This document shows positions 29,263 through 47,599 of a DNA stretch of 64,000 nt, in pieces (positions within the stretch are counted from its first letter, which is position 1; each line of letters opens with the position of its first letter). A model generated the notes under the pieces. That model saw only the letters and a list, made by a program, of their open reading frames with translations, had not been told where the DNA came from and searched no databases. Position numbers and translations under genes: made by a program. The stretch is from the human T2T-CHM13v2.0 reference genome, Homo sapiens, in assembly GCF_009914755.1 (NCBI RefSeq), contig NC_060947.1. One strand, written 5' to 3'.

Positions 29263-30345
29263 GCACATGGTGAGTACTCATAAATGATAGCTATTATTAT
29301 TGGTTCTTTTCTCTTTCTTGACCTCAGTCAACTCAGAATACTTTATTATGGAATGAGAAATGTAAGCAACATCCTCCGTGCAGGGCAGTCAAGTACAGGC
29401 TTTGATCACATACAAAGTCCAGCCCAATCAGAGCTCAGCATCTTCTCTGTCTTTCTAGGATGTCTGGTTTCTTCTCCCAATTCTTCCCTCCTTCATGCCC
29501 AGTCCAAGCTGAGGCCAGTTCTAACAGCTTCTGTGATCACCAGCAAAGATAAGAATCTTTCTGCCTCGTTCTCTAGACATAACCTCCAGGTCCAGGTTCA
29601 ACTGCAAACCAAACTCCAGGCAGCTCCTCATATTCTGGTTCCCACAACCAGAAAAAATATCTCAAAAGTTGCATTATTTATGATTCCAGTCTTTCTACCC
29701 GATTCCAGTCTTTCTACAGCCTGAAATTACATAGCCTTTTCCTTTCTCACAATTGTTCCCATTACTCCAGTCTCTACCACCTGCCCTATTATGTCTTTCT
29801 CAATCAATATCTTTTTTTTACCTGCCCAATGATATATCTTTCTCAATCAGTATCTTTTTTTTTTTTTTTTTTTTTTTGCAGGAGAATGGGGCTGTGTGTT
29901 TCCCTGCCCCACCCAATACACACATTCACAACCACTGCCACCTGCACTTCTCTGGGCACTCAAGGTGGCACAGTAGTCAGGGCATTTCTGGAGTCTCTCT
30001 GCCTCTGTATCCCCCACCCCAGTTTTGAACTCAATAAATTGAACACCATTTATTCTTTTTTTTAATCTTGATTAATGTTTAATTCAACAAGAATGCCACT
30101 CGAATTCATTCTAATTTATCTGAAATACTTGTTTGAATTAAAATGTCCTTTCAAATTCATATCTAGTACTCCAGGAAGTAAAGCAAAGAAATTTTGATGG
30201 ATAATGTAGGGCAATGAGTATAGAATCTTCCCCACATCAATTGATATCCACTTAATACTGTGAACTCTTCCAGCTAATAAAGGCTTGTCTTGACTTTCTG
30301 AGTATGTTTTCCTTTGATGGTCTTATCTAGGCAAATTTTTAAAAA

Positions 30346-32805
<2,460 letters not shown>

Positions 32806-33284
32806 TTATATCATATTGCAAAGTAGTCATAATATTTATCATGTGATATGTTATCACCCTCTTCTGAACTCCTGCGTCTGTTATTACCTTTAACTAGTTG
32901 CTAGATAAATTGTAATGCCAGCTTTACATCTTTTCTGCCATTGTCTTAAACTGTTATTTAACTTCTTTATTATGGTTTAACTTTCTTATATGTTTATGTT
33001 AGCTCCCCAGTAGAGTGGAAGATACTTTAGAGATAGGAACATAGTTTATACATCCCTCTATTCCTCCTAATTCCTTAAGTAGAGTCACCCAGGAAGTATT
33101 TATTGATCTGATTTAACCAGTTCATGTGGCACAATAAGACTTTTTGTTTTGTACATTATACCCTGTTAATATGGTCGCAAATAGTATTGGGTTTTGGATA
33201 ATTATTTCTTAGTATGAACTCATAGTGAGCCCAGAACCCACTTTTTCCTCCAAGTTTCTGTCTGTCCCTTTCTCTTCTAATTTT

Positions 33285-33376
33285 TTCAAAAATGTGCATG
33301 TCATCCCTGTGCAGGGACCATGCTAATCTTCTCTGTATCATTCTAATTTTAGTATATGTGCTGCTGAAATAAGCGC
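33285..33376 (-). pseudogene. U6 snRNA retropseudogene (3'-truncated, ~92 nt)
   Basis: Reverse complement GCGCTTATTTCAGCAGCACATATACTAAAATTAGAATGATACAGAGAAGATTAGCATGGTCCCTGCACAGGGATGACATGCAC aligns to U6 nt 1-~92 with CpG decay; ACAGAGA box retained; A-tail; no upstream PSE/TATA. Confidence 0.92.
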
Positions 33377-33384
33377 CCTTTCGA

Positions 33385-33990
<606 letters not shown>

Positions 33991-34139
33991 TAGTTTTTTA
34001 AACAAGAACCCTTCTATGCCTTTACTTAAATATCAATGTAATTAAATTTTGATTTATTGTTCCTCTTGTTAGTTTTAGCTTTATTATCACATATTTTTCA
34101 TAAATATCTTTGTCCAAGTAATTAATAAAACATTGTTTG

Positions 34140-34705
34140 CTATATTTGTTTTCCGTTGCTGCATAATGAATTACCACAAACTTAATTGCTCGGAACAACA
34201 ACCATTTATTATCTTGCAGTTTCCATGGGTCAGGAGATGGTCGTGGCTCAACTTGGTCCTCTGCTCAGGGTCTCACAGGCTGCAATCAAGGTGTTGGCAG
34301 AGCTGGTGGTCTCATCTCAGGCTCGGGGTTCTCTTCCAAGCTCATGTGATTGTTGGCAGAATTTAGTTCTTTGTGGTTGTGGGATTGAGGCCCTCAGATC
34401 CTAGGGGCTGCCTGCAATTCCCTGTCACATGGTCTTTCCATAGGCAGTTCATATAACAGCACCTTGCTTTTTCAAGGCCAGCGAGGGATAAAGTCTCAGT
34501 TTGTCTCTCACAATGGCAAGAAGGAATCAATAATATACACATATATACCTAGTCATGGGAGTGGCTTCTCATTACCCTTGCCATATTCTATTGGTTAGAA
34601 CCTACTCACATGTCCCACTCATACTCAGGGAAAGGTGATTAAACAAGGACATGAATACCAGGAGGTGGGCGTCATTGGGGGTCACCTTATGGTCTGTCTG
34701 CTATA
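34140..34705 (-). mobile_element. MLT1 (MaLR) solo LTR
   Basis: AATTACCACAAACTTA..CCATTTATTATCT..GCTGCAATCAAGGTGTTGGC..CCATATTCTATTGGTTAGAA, typical of MLT1E-G. Confidence 0.8.
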
Positions 34706-34735
34706 TTTGGCATAGCTCTGAATCAGGCTAATTGA

Positions 34736-35101
<366 letters not shown>

Positions 35102-37067
35102 TAAGGCTGCTCTAACAGCTGTGACTCTAACTTTACTGTCATCCACCAAATGTTTTTTCATCTACTTACAAAGATAAAATGAGAGATGATGTTCAGTAGT
35201 TTGCCTGAAGTCATTCATTGTGTGGGGCCTTCCACTGAGACAGAGTGCTGGAGTGGGAGCAAAGTTGAGATGATTTGAATTTGGGTGCCTATCAGATATC
35301 CACCTAGAGATGTTCATTTCCCCATGGCCTGGGGTATAGAGAGGGTCTGGGCTCGAGTAGAGATTTGGGATCCTTCATGTATAGATGATATATGAAGCCT
35401 AGGATATGAGTATACTTTGAGAGGGAAAAGGTGCCAAGGGTAGAATTCTGGGGGAAATCCAGGTACTCAGTTTGAGGGATTTCCCTCACCTCCTTATATA
35501 GCAACCCAAACAAAAAGGAAACAAGTTATCCAGCCTCAGAGGAAAAGCTGTATTATTTTGTCTACTTCTGCTTCAGTCCCTTCTCTGTTTATTGTAGATA
35601 CTACTTATTCAATTATACCTCTTTTCTTCTGGTTTCTTCTTCTCTTCCTTTCCACTGGACCCATTCGCTGTCGTCCATAAACATGTTCTGGTCTTCGTTT
35701 GCTGTATCTTCTAGCTACCAGTACCTATCTAGTCAGCCACTTAATTTTTCTGGGCCTCAATTTCCTCAGAGATTGAGGGACGTGATGTAGGGAGGAGGTT
35801 ATGATTTTTAAGAAGCCTCTTTCTGACCTAAATTCTGTTCTGCCATCTTATTTCTCTACCTTTTCCCGTTTTGGGTTGTGTTGACTGTTCAGTTCCTTTT
35901 TGAAACTTCCCTCCCTTGGCCACAGAGTTGTACTCCTCTAGTTCCCTTTCTGCCTGCCTCTGTCACTGCTTCTCCATTACTTTTGTTTCCTCCTGCCTCC
36001 TAATTATGTCCATATTCAGGGGTGTAAAGTTCTTTACCTTTTTTCTCTTTATACTCACTGCCTCAGAGATTTCATCTACACTCCTGGCTTCACCTTTTTT
36101 TTTTTTTTGGTTTTTAATTATAGAAGTAACACACAATTACATGTTCCTATTAAAAAATAATATAGATGCATCTAGAGTAAAAAGTGAAAATGCCCCTTCA
36201 ACCTCATCCTCAGACGTAACCACCATTATCGGATTGGTGTTCTTTCTCCAGGTGTTGAGTCCCAGATCTATAAAGGTAGCTCTAAACTCTAGATAGCTGC
36301 AATCAGGATACCCTTACTTGGATGCTCCACTATCAGCATATAAAATCAGCTAGCTGAATGACTTTGGGCATATGGTTGATGTGTTTTTTTTTTAATTCTG
36401 TGGTTCTTTCATGTCTTATATTTATTTCTTTTTGTGTCTCCATAGCATTAAACGGTAGATATTCCTTACATGTTTGGTTGATTCTGTTATTTTGCAGCTG
36501 ATAACCTCTCATTAGTACTCCTTCCCAATTTGCTTATATGCATAGACCCAAGGAAATAGAATAACCCTCTGTCAGTACTTTAGATGAAAAGGTGGGTGGC
36601 TGAGTATAGGGCTTAATCACTGGGAACCAGAACACATGAGCAATTCAGCAGGTAACAGTAAGTATGGGGGCTTAAGGAGAATGGGGTGGTAGATGGGTAG
36701 TATATTGAAAACTTTGGTCAGTAAATTAAAGCCAGGGTGCTAACATTAAATATATCATGGGTTGTAAAATATAAATATCTTAATCTAAAATATTAGCTAC
36801 CAAAATCACTGTTCATGTGAAAACATTGTTTTGGCTCTGAAAAAGATACATGGATAATCTCTGCAGTGTAATGGGTCATTTTGCAAAAGTATATTCTACT
36901 ATATGTGTATTAAATGCAAATTAATTGGAAAGATTGCCAATGAGAGTGTATCATTGCATGTTGTATTAATGAGGCTGTGTTGCATAAGCAGTTACACACT
37001 GAAAATTGCCAGTCTCTGTAAAAGCTTAATTCCAAAGAAATTTAGGATAATCATGGACAGGATCCAT

Positions 37068-37283
37068 AGTAGTGGTTCTCAACTAGGGGCAATTTTACCC
37101 CCTGGGGACATTTAGCAATGTCTGGAGACATTTTTGTTTGTCACAATTGTGGGGAGGTGTTACTGGCATCTAGTGGGAACAGGCCAGGTAAGCTGATAAA
37201 CATCCTACAATGCACAGGCCAACTCCCTACCATGAAGAATTATCTGACCCAAGATATCAGTAATGCTGAAGTTGAGGAACCTT
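37068..37283. mobile_element. MER20
   Basis: AGTGGTTCTCAACTAGGGGCAATTTTACCCCC..GCAATGTCTGGAGACATTTTTG..ACTGGCATCTAGTGGG. Confidence 0.85.
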
Positions 37284-38504
37284 GATGAAGGGAATTTTGG
37301 GTAGGGCAGGAGATCCATGGCGGTGACCATTGATGCCCCTTTGTATTAATGCTGATGTCCTGTAATTCTTAACCTTGCTACCTAGTTGAAAGCTAGAGGA
37401 TATGACAATTGTTTGGCTTTTAATAACAGCATACATATCAGATAGATGGACAATTTATTTTCTTTTCTAGGTGTTCTGGTTATTTGACTATTAAAGTAAA
37501 TTATCCCCAGACTTTTTCAGTGCTGATTTTTTTTCAAGGGGAACTTACCGCCAGAACATTTAAAGAGCGACAGACAAAAATGTTGAGACTTGATAAATTT
37601 TATGTTGAGTTATTGCATATTAATACTTAGTCCTAAATACTGTACGTGAATGTATCTTAAACTGTGATATAGCTCAGGGGTGTAAATGAGTTGCCTTAGG
37701 TAATGTAGTGATTTATTCATAGACCCAAGGCCAGAAATCAGATTCCTTGATTCCCAGACCATTATTCCTTCAATTTGGCTATGGCTTCTGTATAACATCT
37801 TTTCTGCTTTGAGTCTCCTGAAGAGCAGAATCAAGTATGTCAAAAATTGAATGATCTTAGGTGCTGGATGTTTTGCACATTTATGCAAGAATATTCAATG
37901 TTACCAGTCATCTTAAAAAAGCAACAAAATAACCCAAAATAATGCTGAGTAAAACACAAGAAGTTATGTTACTTTTTCACTTGGTGACATGGATGAAATA
38001 TTACAGCAAATGGGGACAGAGCTTAAAGGAAGTGGTAGGGTGAAAGGACCGTTAGTATAACACAGCTGGATGGCATTTCTCTAAGCTACCATTTTGAAGA
38101 ATGTTGCTCTTTGGACTGACTCCCAAACTCCATCTGGCTAGCACTTTGGAATTTTAAATGGGTAAAAAATATGATTTTCCATTGCTCCCAGCTGCCCTGC
38201 ATGGTTTAATAGACAACTATGTAAAAGACAGGGAGTAGAACCAGCATTTGATTTGCTTTATGAAATTGGGAAATACACTTGGTTTTTTAAGCTCAAGTTT
38301 TTTCATAGGTAGATGATATGGTGGAGGATTATGGTAGTTAATATTTATTGAATCCTTACAATTTATCAGGTACTAAGCCCTTCCACATATTATTAAACCT
38401 CAATATAGTTCTATAAGGTAAATACCATATTACCCCCCTTTTAAAGTTGAGAAACTGAGGCAAAGAGAAATTAAGTAACTAGCTTTCACAGCTAATAAGT
38501 AGTT

Positions 38505-39165
38505 CCTGGTATGAATTGAGATATACTGTAAGTGTAAAATACACACCAGATTTCAAAGACAGCATGATAAAAAAATGTAGAATATCTCAACAATGTTCTG
38601 TATTGATTACATGTTAAAATGATAATATTTTGCTTTTTTTAATTCTTAGTTTTTGTGGGTACATAGTGTATATATTTATATACACTTGAAATATTTTGAT
38701 ACATGAAATATTTTGGTACATGAAATATTTTGATACAGGCATGTAATGCATAGTAATCACATCATGGAGAATGGGGTATCTGTCCCTTCAAGCATTTATC
38801 CTTTGTGTTACAAACAATCCAATTATACTCTTTTAGTTCTTTAAAAATGTATAGTTAAATTATTATTGACTTATAGTCACCCTGTTGTGCTATCAAATAG
38901 TAGGCCTTATTCATTCTAGTTATTTTTGGTACCTATTAACCATCCCTACCTTTCCCATAGTCCCCCACTACCCTTCCCATTCTCTGGTAACCACCCTTTT
39001 ACTATCTATGTCCATTGAAGTAATATTTTGGATATATTGGGTCAAATAAATTAGAGCGTTAAAGTTAATTTGACCCATTTCTTTGTGCTTTTCTTAAGGT
39101 GGCATCCAGAAAATTTCAAATTACATATGTGGCTCACATTTTTATATTTCTGTTAGACAGCACTG
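38505..39165. mobile_element. MER33 split by an L1MA 3' end
   Basis: GTAAGTGTAAAATACACACCAGATTTCAAAGAC .. TTACATATGTGGCTCACATT..GACAGCACTG. Confidence 0.75.
38634..39017 (-). mobile_element. L1MA 3' end
   Basis: AGCATTTATCCTTTGTGTTACAAACAATCCAATTATACTC; TSD TAATATTTTG; small internal tandem triplication at ~38687-38737. Confidence 0.82.
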
Positions 39166-40807
39166 CTCTAGAGGTGGGTGATATCTCATCCTTATATCAT
39201 GTACATGAGACTAAAGGCTGAGGAAGCCAAAAAATTAAATACATTGGATTAAAGTTTGCTGTTGTAGCCATTAAGTCTCTAAGGTGACATTAGGCCTATT
39301 CTCTAATGTTTGCATTATTAAGGGGTAAGGAACAAGGAAGCTTTTAAACTTAGGTACATTCTAGAGTTTTAGTCCCATACACATCTGTTGAATAACTGTG
39401 TAAGGCATTGTGTTGATACTGTGGCTCATATAAAAATCAGTGACTTAGACTTTGCCATCAAGGAGCTTATAATGTGGTAAAAGAACATGTACACACACAA
39501 CTGTACATAAAATCATATATAATGGAGTGGTAGAAACAAAGGGCTTAGAATCTTAAGAGTACAAGAGGTTATTTGCAGCTAGCATGAGGGTGGAAGGTTT
39601 AGGAAGGAGGTGACATTTGAGCTGGTTGGAGAAAGATGGATAGGATTTCAGTAGAGGTCCCCTCTATACTCAAAGGAACATGCAGAACTAGGTGACAGGT
39701 CACTGAGCTGACATGCTTTTCTCTTCACCAAACGGAAACTCTGTGTGGCACAAAATGGAGAGAGGTCAGATACCTTGACATGTGGGTTTTTTAAGGGCCC
39801 ATTTATGTTGATATGCCTTCCTCATCAGACCCCTGTCTTGCATATACATAGAAATTTCCAATCATAGAATACACTGCTTATCTAAGTCTTTTGGTTTCTG
39901 ACATCCTGGATCAGCCAGGCAGCAAGTGATGAAACACACATATGCCTGTGCATATGTTTCTAGTTATGCATAGATGAATGGGCAGGCAGATAAATTGTTT
40001 TTAAACTGTAGTTAAAATGGCCCCATCTTGAAATTTAGATTTAACTTGAATTTCTCTTGTCTAATCTCTTGGGCAAATAATTGTAGCTCCTACCATGGGG
40101 AAGAATAAAGAAAGGGGCAGAAAGAGGCTGGGAATGTTACTCTAACAGAAGTATCTCTACCTTGAAGTGGGAACAGTGGGGGAAAAAAATACTCTCCTCA
40201 CTCCACCAGTACCACTATGTTCAAGTCTGGCCTTTCCTTTCAGCTACCAATTACTTGTCAAATGGATTGGTTTGGTTTTGTATGGAGGTCATTTGGCTTT
40301 ACAAAAAAAAAAAGGGAAATAAAAGACTATTATTTTCAAGATAAAACCTGGAAAGAAAAGAACCTATACCCTTAAGTAGGAAGGACTCTCCAGTCTATAT
40401 TTGCAGACGGGCTGACTTTGTCTTCCAGGTGGGTTTTTTTTTTCCAGTTGTTTGTTTTATGCTAATAGAGTTTTGCCCCATTAACATAGAATATGATTCA
40501 GTGACTCCTTCCTGCTCTCCAGAGGACACCTGTACAGTTAATTGGCTTTTCCTTTTATAGAATTCTAAAATGTTAAAGCTACAAATGGATACTCTTATAG
40601 AATGTTACAGTAGCCAAATCCCTTAGTTAAAAATGGTAATGTAGCTCTTCTCTTTAAAAAATTAAAAATAAATGTAATATGTTATTGTAATATGTATTTA
40701 ACCAGTTTTAAAAATTAGAAAACATAAATAAGAAACAACAAATTTTAACATCCCAGATTTAAAAAGAGAGAGAACCATTGTTAACACCCATGCATATAGA
40801 CTTCTAG

Positions 40808-41119
<312 letters not shown>

Positions 41120-41228
41120 GTGTGTGTGTAACTTTAATAAAAAATGGATCACATCATTTTGTAAAGTATCTTTTTCATCTTTACATTGTAGATATGTTTC
41201 TATATTGACACCTCTTCATCTACAATAA

Positions 41229-41591
<363 letters not shown>

Positions 41592-42119
41592 TAATCCACT
41601 GTTATTGGATATTTAAGTTGTTTCCAGTGTTCCCTATCATTACATGTGCTACAGTGAATGTCCTCATACTTAAATCTTTCTGTATATACTTAATGTTTGT
41701 TTAGTATAAATTCTAAAAAGTAGAATTGGATAGGTAGGAGGGTGAAGATTGATCAATGTATACTATCCCCAGTAGTCAACTGAACTCTTGCCAATCCTGT
41801 GTATTCTCGTTCAGAAAATGCTTGTCAATTTGGTAAGTCAAAAAGGGCTTTTTGTTGTAGTGTATTCCTTTAGTTACGACGATGTTGGACTTTCTTCATA
41901 TGCTTATATTATTGACAGTTCTTTATTGGGCACTTTTAAATTTATTTATAAGTTATTTTTAAGGATAGTGACTCTCATAATGTTGCACAGGTTGCTTCTC
42001 AGTTTTGATATTTGCTTTGTAATAGATTTATTTTTAATGTCCATGAGTTTTCCACTTTTATACAGTCAAATGTATCAGCCTTTTCCTCTATGGTTTGTAC
42101 TTTACACATATCTCACCAC

Positions 42120-42723
42120 AGAGCAAGGAATTCTAAGGGCCAAGGAGATGTGCCTACCTGCCTGTTTCTTCTAGACCAAGCTTGTGCAACCCGCGGCCTG
42201 TGGGTCACGTGCAGTCCAGTACAGCTTTGAATGTGGCCCAACACAAATTCATAAACTTTCTTGAAACATTATGAGATTTTAAGATTTTTTTTTTTTTGGT
42301 CGTCAGCTATCGCTAATGTATTTTATGTCTGGCCCAAGATAATTCTTCTTCCAGTGTGGCCCAGGGAAGCCAAAAGATTGGACACCCCTGTTCTAGACCA
42401 TACTCTAGGTACTTGGAAGCTGAGGAATCTCTATTCAATGTGCTTCCAGGGCTTGCGAGGGCCTCTGCCCTGGATCTGTCCTCTCAAGGAGAGACTGTGC
42501 CATATGTGTGAGCTCTTCTAGGTCTAAGGGGTCTAAGGGGGTGCTTGTTTGGTGGGAGAAGTGTATGGATGGAGCTTGGCTGTGTGGACTGAGTGGTCTA
42601 CACACAGGCGGCCAAGGCTCCTAGCTGTGTAGGAAGGAGTGGGGTAGTGGAGAGAAGGAAGGAGAATTAAGAGCCTATACTTACATTCTTGCCCCTGGCC
42701 TTGTAAATATTAGGGATGGACCT
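42120..42723. mobile_element. Older hAT (Tip100/MER115-like) element hosting the MER30
   Basis: GC-richer block ending ACATTCTTGCCCCTGGCCTTGTAAATATTAGGGATGGACCT; family is tentative. Confidence 0.4.
42177..42390. mobile_element. MER30 (hAT MITE)
   Basis: CAAGCTTGTGCAACCCGCGGCC..AAAAGATTGGACACCCCTG with a perfect 8-bp TSD TTCTAGAC (42169-42176, 42391-42398). Confidence 0.9.
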
Positions 42724-44838
42724 ATTTCTCATAGTAATAGTTATAATTTTAGTTACAGTTAAAGATTGAATCTTTGTGGCATTTCCTTTGGGATAAGATG
42801 AGATCAAAAAACTAACTTTTCCCCCAAATGCCACCCCTTTCTTTTGTAGATGGGGAAACTGAGCCTTAGGCTGTAATTGGTCCAGAGTCACTGGGCTGGT
42901 TAGTGGCAGAGCTGTTTCTTATGACTGATAGAGTAGTGCTGATTTTTTTTTAGACAGATAGACCTGGGTTTAACTCTGGGATCTGTTACTAACTCGCCTT
43001 TCATGTGTTGTGCAGGACAGGTCACTTAACCTCTCAGAGTCTCTAATTAAGTAAATAAGAGAATCCTACCCACCACCTATCCCTGTGCCACCACCATTCC
43101 ACCCAACTAGCTGCATTTTCTAGGTTATGCCCCTTGTAGGCAGTGTCGACCTCAGCCTCTTGCCTCGTCTTGTGGACTGACTGTTGCCTCTGTTTCTAAA
43201 ACAGTCAAAGCTCTATGGCCCTTAGTTGAAACCTGTACCCTTTAAGCTCCAACCAGAACCCTGAGGATGGGAATACACATATCTGTAGACACCCAACAAA
43301 GTATTTGTGTTTTACAGAGTTGGCATGTTTTTTTTTTTTTAACAGCTTCCGATTAGCTGTTTAGTCACCCCCCAGCCCATGAGTCCCCCATGAGGTACCA
43401 TAAGCATAGCCACTGTAAAAGTCTCTGATAATTTGACTGCTTTTGAATACTCCTTGTTTATTATAATGACTTTCGTGTGCTTTCCACTGTTCAATTTATT
43501 TTTCAGACATTCATCTAGATTTGACTCAGTATCTTTACATTCTGTCTTTACTTTTAATGATGTACTTACTGTGTACTCCAAAGACAGTTCAACCTAGCAA
43601 CTATTAAACTGACTTTCAACATGGCACGATTCTTTCTTTTTTTAATATTTAATGAAGGAAAGCCCTACTGCTCTATTTCCCCAGAGGTAGAAATCTCAAT
43701 TTATGTTGTTTGAGCTGGGAGAACTTGTTAATTAAAACTGTCAAACTGTAGTGAATTTTGCTATTTTAATATATGTTTCATCAGTTGATGGGGGCAGGGG
43801 TTGGAATAGTAAAGAGTACACAGATACTTTTGTGATTTGGTTATGATGAGACTGATCTTCTAATGGATCTTCAAATTGACAAATTCTGGGAAAGCCAAAA
43901 ACCAATCCCAATCTGTATAGAACTGTACCACTATTCCAAAGGTCTGTCTTAATTCTTTGAGCCTGATTCTCTTGCCTTCACTCTGCTTTAGGACCAGTCT
44001 GCTTTAGGACATTAGAGCTAATATTAGCCTTAGACTGGAGCCATGCCACTTCCAGAAGGGTTCCACACTGGGTTTTGAATCCAAACAGGCCTAATCTTCC
44101 AAGATTCTTAAAATCCTATTGTCTTACCTTTGATCTAGTGCAGCCTCTGACTAAGGCTGGCATGCCACTCACCCTGCAGTGGCCTTAGCAGGTGATTGTT
44201 CCAGCTACCCCACAAGCAGTGACTCTGGAGTGGGTCTGCCTGGATTTGAATTCTAGCTCTGACACTTGACTAGCTGTGGTTATAGCCACATTTTACTCCT
44301 CTGTGCTTAGTTTTATCATCTGTAAGATGGGGATAGTAGTATCTGCCTCACAGGAGTGTTGGGATCATTAAATCAGCTAATAAATGTATAGTACTAATGT
44401 CTACTAGCCTATTGTTGTTGCTTTTGCTGTTGTTATTCCGTTGTCATGGAGATTGAAATGCTTGAAAATCCTTCCTTATATTCAGCTGAAACCTGTCTCT
44501 GTTATCTCTAACCACTGTGGCTGCACAGAGGAAAGTATAACCCTTTCCCCACTTGCTAGCCTTTCAGATACGGGACAGGTAAGGACACATGTATGAAAGC
44601 ACATTGTAAGCTGTAAAGTGATGTGTTACCTACAACAAGGTATTTAATATTATCATTATATTTTAACCTACATTATAATTATTATCTAACTTGTCCTTTC
44701 TATCTGCCACATCTTATCTTTTAAAAACTGCATACTTTGCGTTCCTTCTAGCGTTCTTTATATGACATGATTTCCAGATATTTAACCATCTTAGTTGCCT
44801 TATTTGGGATATACTCAGGTTCATTCATGTCTCCATTA

Positions 44839-45350
<512 letters not shown>

Positions 45351-45699
45351 TTAACCATTTTAAAACTTGCATCCACTTATTTTTTCACTAGATAATTTTT
45401 GAGTCTTCTTTGTGCCAGGCACTATGTTGCATTCTGGGGATACAATGGTGAGTTCTACCTTTATCTCCATTACCTTTCAGTTCCTAGCCTCGCCTGTTGG
45501 TATTTTTGGATTCTAGCTCTATTTGAAACACATTGGCTGTGTCTCCATGTTTTATATCATTCATGAATTTTATGATCATGTTTCCGCTGTCTTTTCTAAC
45601 TTGGTGGTATTTCAGTAGTGCCAAGTACAGAGCCCTGAAGCATTCAAGTTGATCTTCTGTGAGGCTGACATTGATCCATTAATTGGTATTCTTTAAAAA

Positions 45700-46250
45700 C
45701 TCTTTTTATTTTAAAAACAATTATTGATTCAGATAATTATGGTTACTGCAAACAAATGTACAGGGAAGTCTCATGTACCCTTCCTCCAGATTCCTCCAGT
45801 GATAGCATGTTACAAACTATAGTACAATATTGAAACCAAGAAACTGACATTGATACAATCCGCAGGGCTTATTGATAGAGAGGTGGAGAGGGAGAGAGAA
45901 AGGGAATGGGGGGAGGGAGGGAGAGAGAAAGAAATGAGAGAGGCTCCATGCAACTTTATCACATGCAGCTTTGTGTAACCATCCCCACTATGATCAAGAG
46001 ACTTTACTATCACTACAAGACTTCCTTTTGCTGTCCCTTTATATAGCCACATCCCTTCCTCCTCCTCATTTCTAATCCCTGGCAAACACTAATCTGTTCT
46101 CCATCTCTATAATTATATTATTTTACAAATGTCACATAAATGGAATTGTGCAGTATATATCCTTTTGAGATTAGTTTTTTTTTTCACTCAGCATAATTTA
46201 TTTGAGATTCATCCCAGTTGTTGCATTTAGCAATAGTTTGTTCCAGTGGC
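45700..46250 (-). mobile_element. L1MC 3' end
   Basis: AACTATAGTACAATAT..AACCAAGAAACTGACATTGATACAATCC..CACTAATCTGTTCTCCATCTCTATAAT. Confidence 0.75.
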
Positions 46251-47599
46251 ATTCTTGTTGAGTAAGGTTATTTGATCAATCATAAATCATCCTACTTGTT
46301 CAGGACATACCTGTCTCATATGAACATATTCTATAGGGAAAAAATGTCTTCAGTGACTTACTGAAACTCAAAAACACTTCGTTCCATTACCTCAGTCTAT
46401 GATTCTCATGACCTGATCATTGTTCATAACCATCTGTTTACTAGTTCATTATAAACTGATTTTTTTCCCATCAAGATTAGCAGTCTTTGTTTTCAGAGCC
46501 ATTTCAGAAATACCCCAGCTTTTTAGTTTTACAAGTAACAGCCAAATTTTTCTAGTCTGCTATGATTTTTTTCAGAGATTACCAGCAGTGGCCTCTCAAT
46601 CAGGACAGTAGGTTATCTCAATACTATAAGATATACTTTATCTGGGCCTACAGGTCCAAGTTCATTTGAAACTGCTTGCTACTCTCACTATCTCTACATC
46701 AGTTGGGCTGTGATGAACTCTTATTCACATTTGTGCTACTGTTTCCAGTTTGAAAAATTATTCTTATCATTTAAGATGAAATAGAAATAGCAACTGAGTC
46801 ATTCTACTTGCTTGCTCGCTCGCTCTGTCTCTGTCACCTGTTCACATATATCTTCTACTTAGGGTAGATGATCTTACTTTGAAAAATCTGCACCTGCTAT
46901 AGCTACATTAGTTCCTGTAGCCTAAAAGCTTGTTTTCTGTGCAGCTTATGTTGTGTTCTTTAGTCACTTCTCCTTTTTTTTTCTTCAAGATCATGGGGGA
47001 TTGATAATATTTTGAGACCTATCCTCCCAAATATTTTATTCCTCTTACACATTAGTCCACTTAAGGTTCACTGTGGTCTCTTGTAGAAATTCTCATTCTC
47101 AGTATCTGGGGAATACCTTCATTCCCTGTTGTTTTTGTTTGTTTGTTTGTGGTTATTACCCAACAATACTTAAAATGACATGGCCATATTTCCTAAAGTT
47201 TCTTTCACTTCTACTTTTACCAATCAGTTCTTCTTTCTTGGTCAAACTTAGTTACAAAGTTTGTAGTTCCTCTCATTGCTTTCTCGGCATCCTAAAGTAT
47301 GGAATTTTCCTTTTATAAGTGCAACGCACACCTTCCCCTTTCATAAGCATGTTATTTCCTGGCTGACATTCCCTTCTCAGTTCTCCTGTGCCCTCCCAGA
47401 ACTCTTGTTCCTTGATCAAGCATGTCCATATATTCGCAGCCATTTTTTTTCCAGAACTCTTTCCCTTGATGACACTGTTTTCTCCACAGTCATCTTAAAT
47501 GGAGCCTGCTCATTTGCCGATAATTCCTCAATCTTAAGCTAGCTTCTGGTGCCAGAATGTTGTTCAACAACTTTCCTTTTCCCTTATTCTTTGACGTGC

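Noticed and set aside
33285-33376. Functional U6 snRNA gene
   Set aside because: Many substitutions, missing 3' end, A-tail, and an Alu in place of the upstream Pol III promoter
39931-39960. Short hairpin ACATATGC-CTGT-GCATATGT
   Set aside because: An 8-bp low-complexity stem is expected by chance in 64 kb
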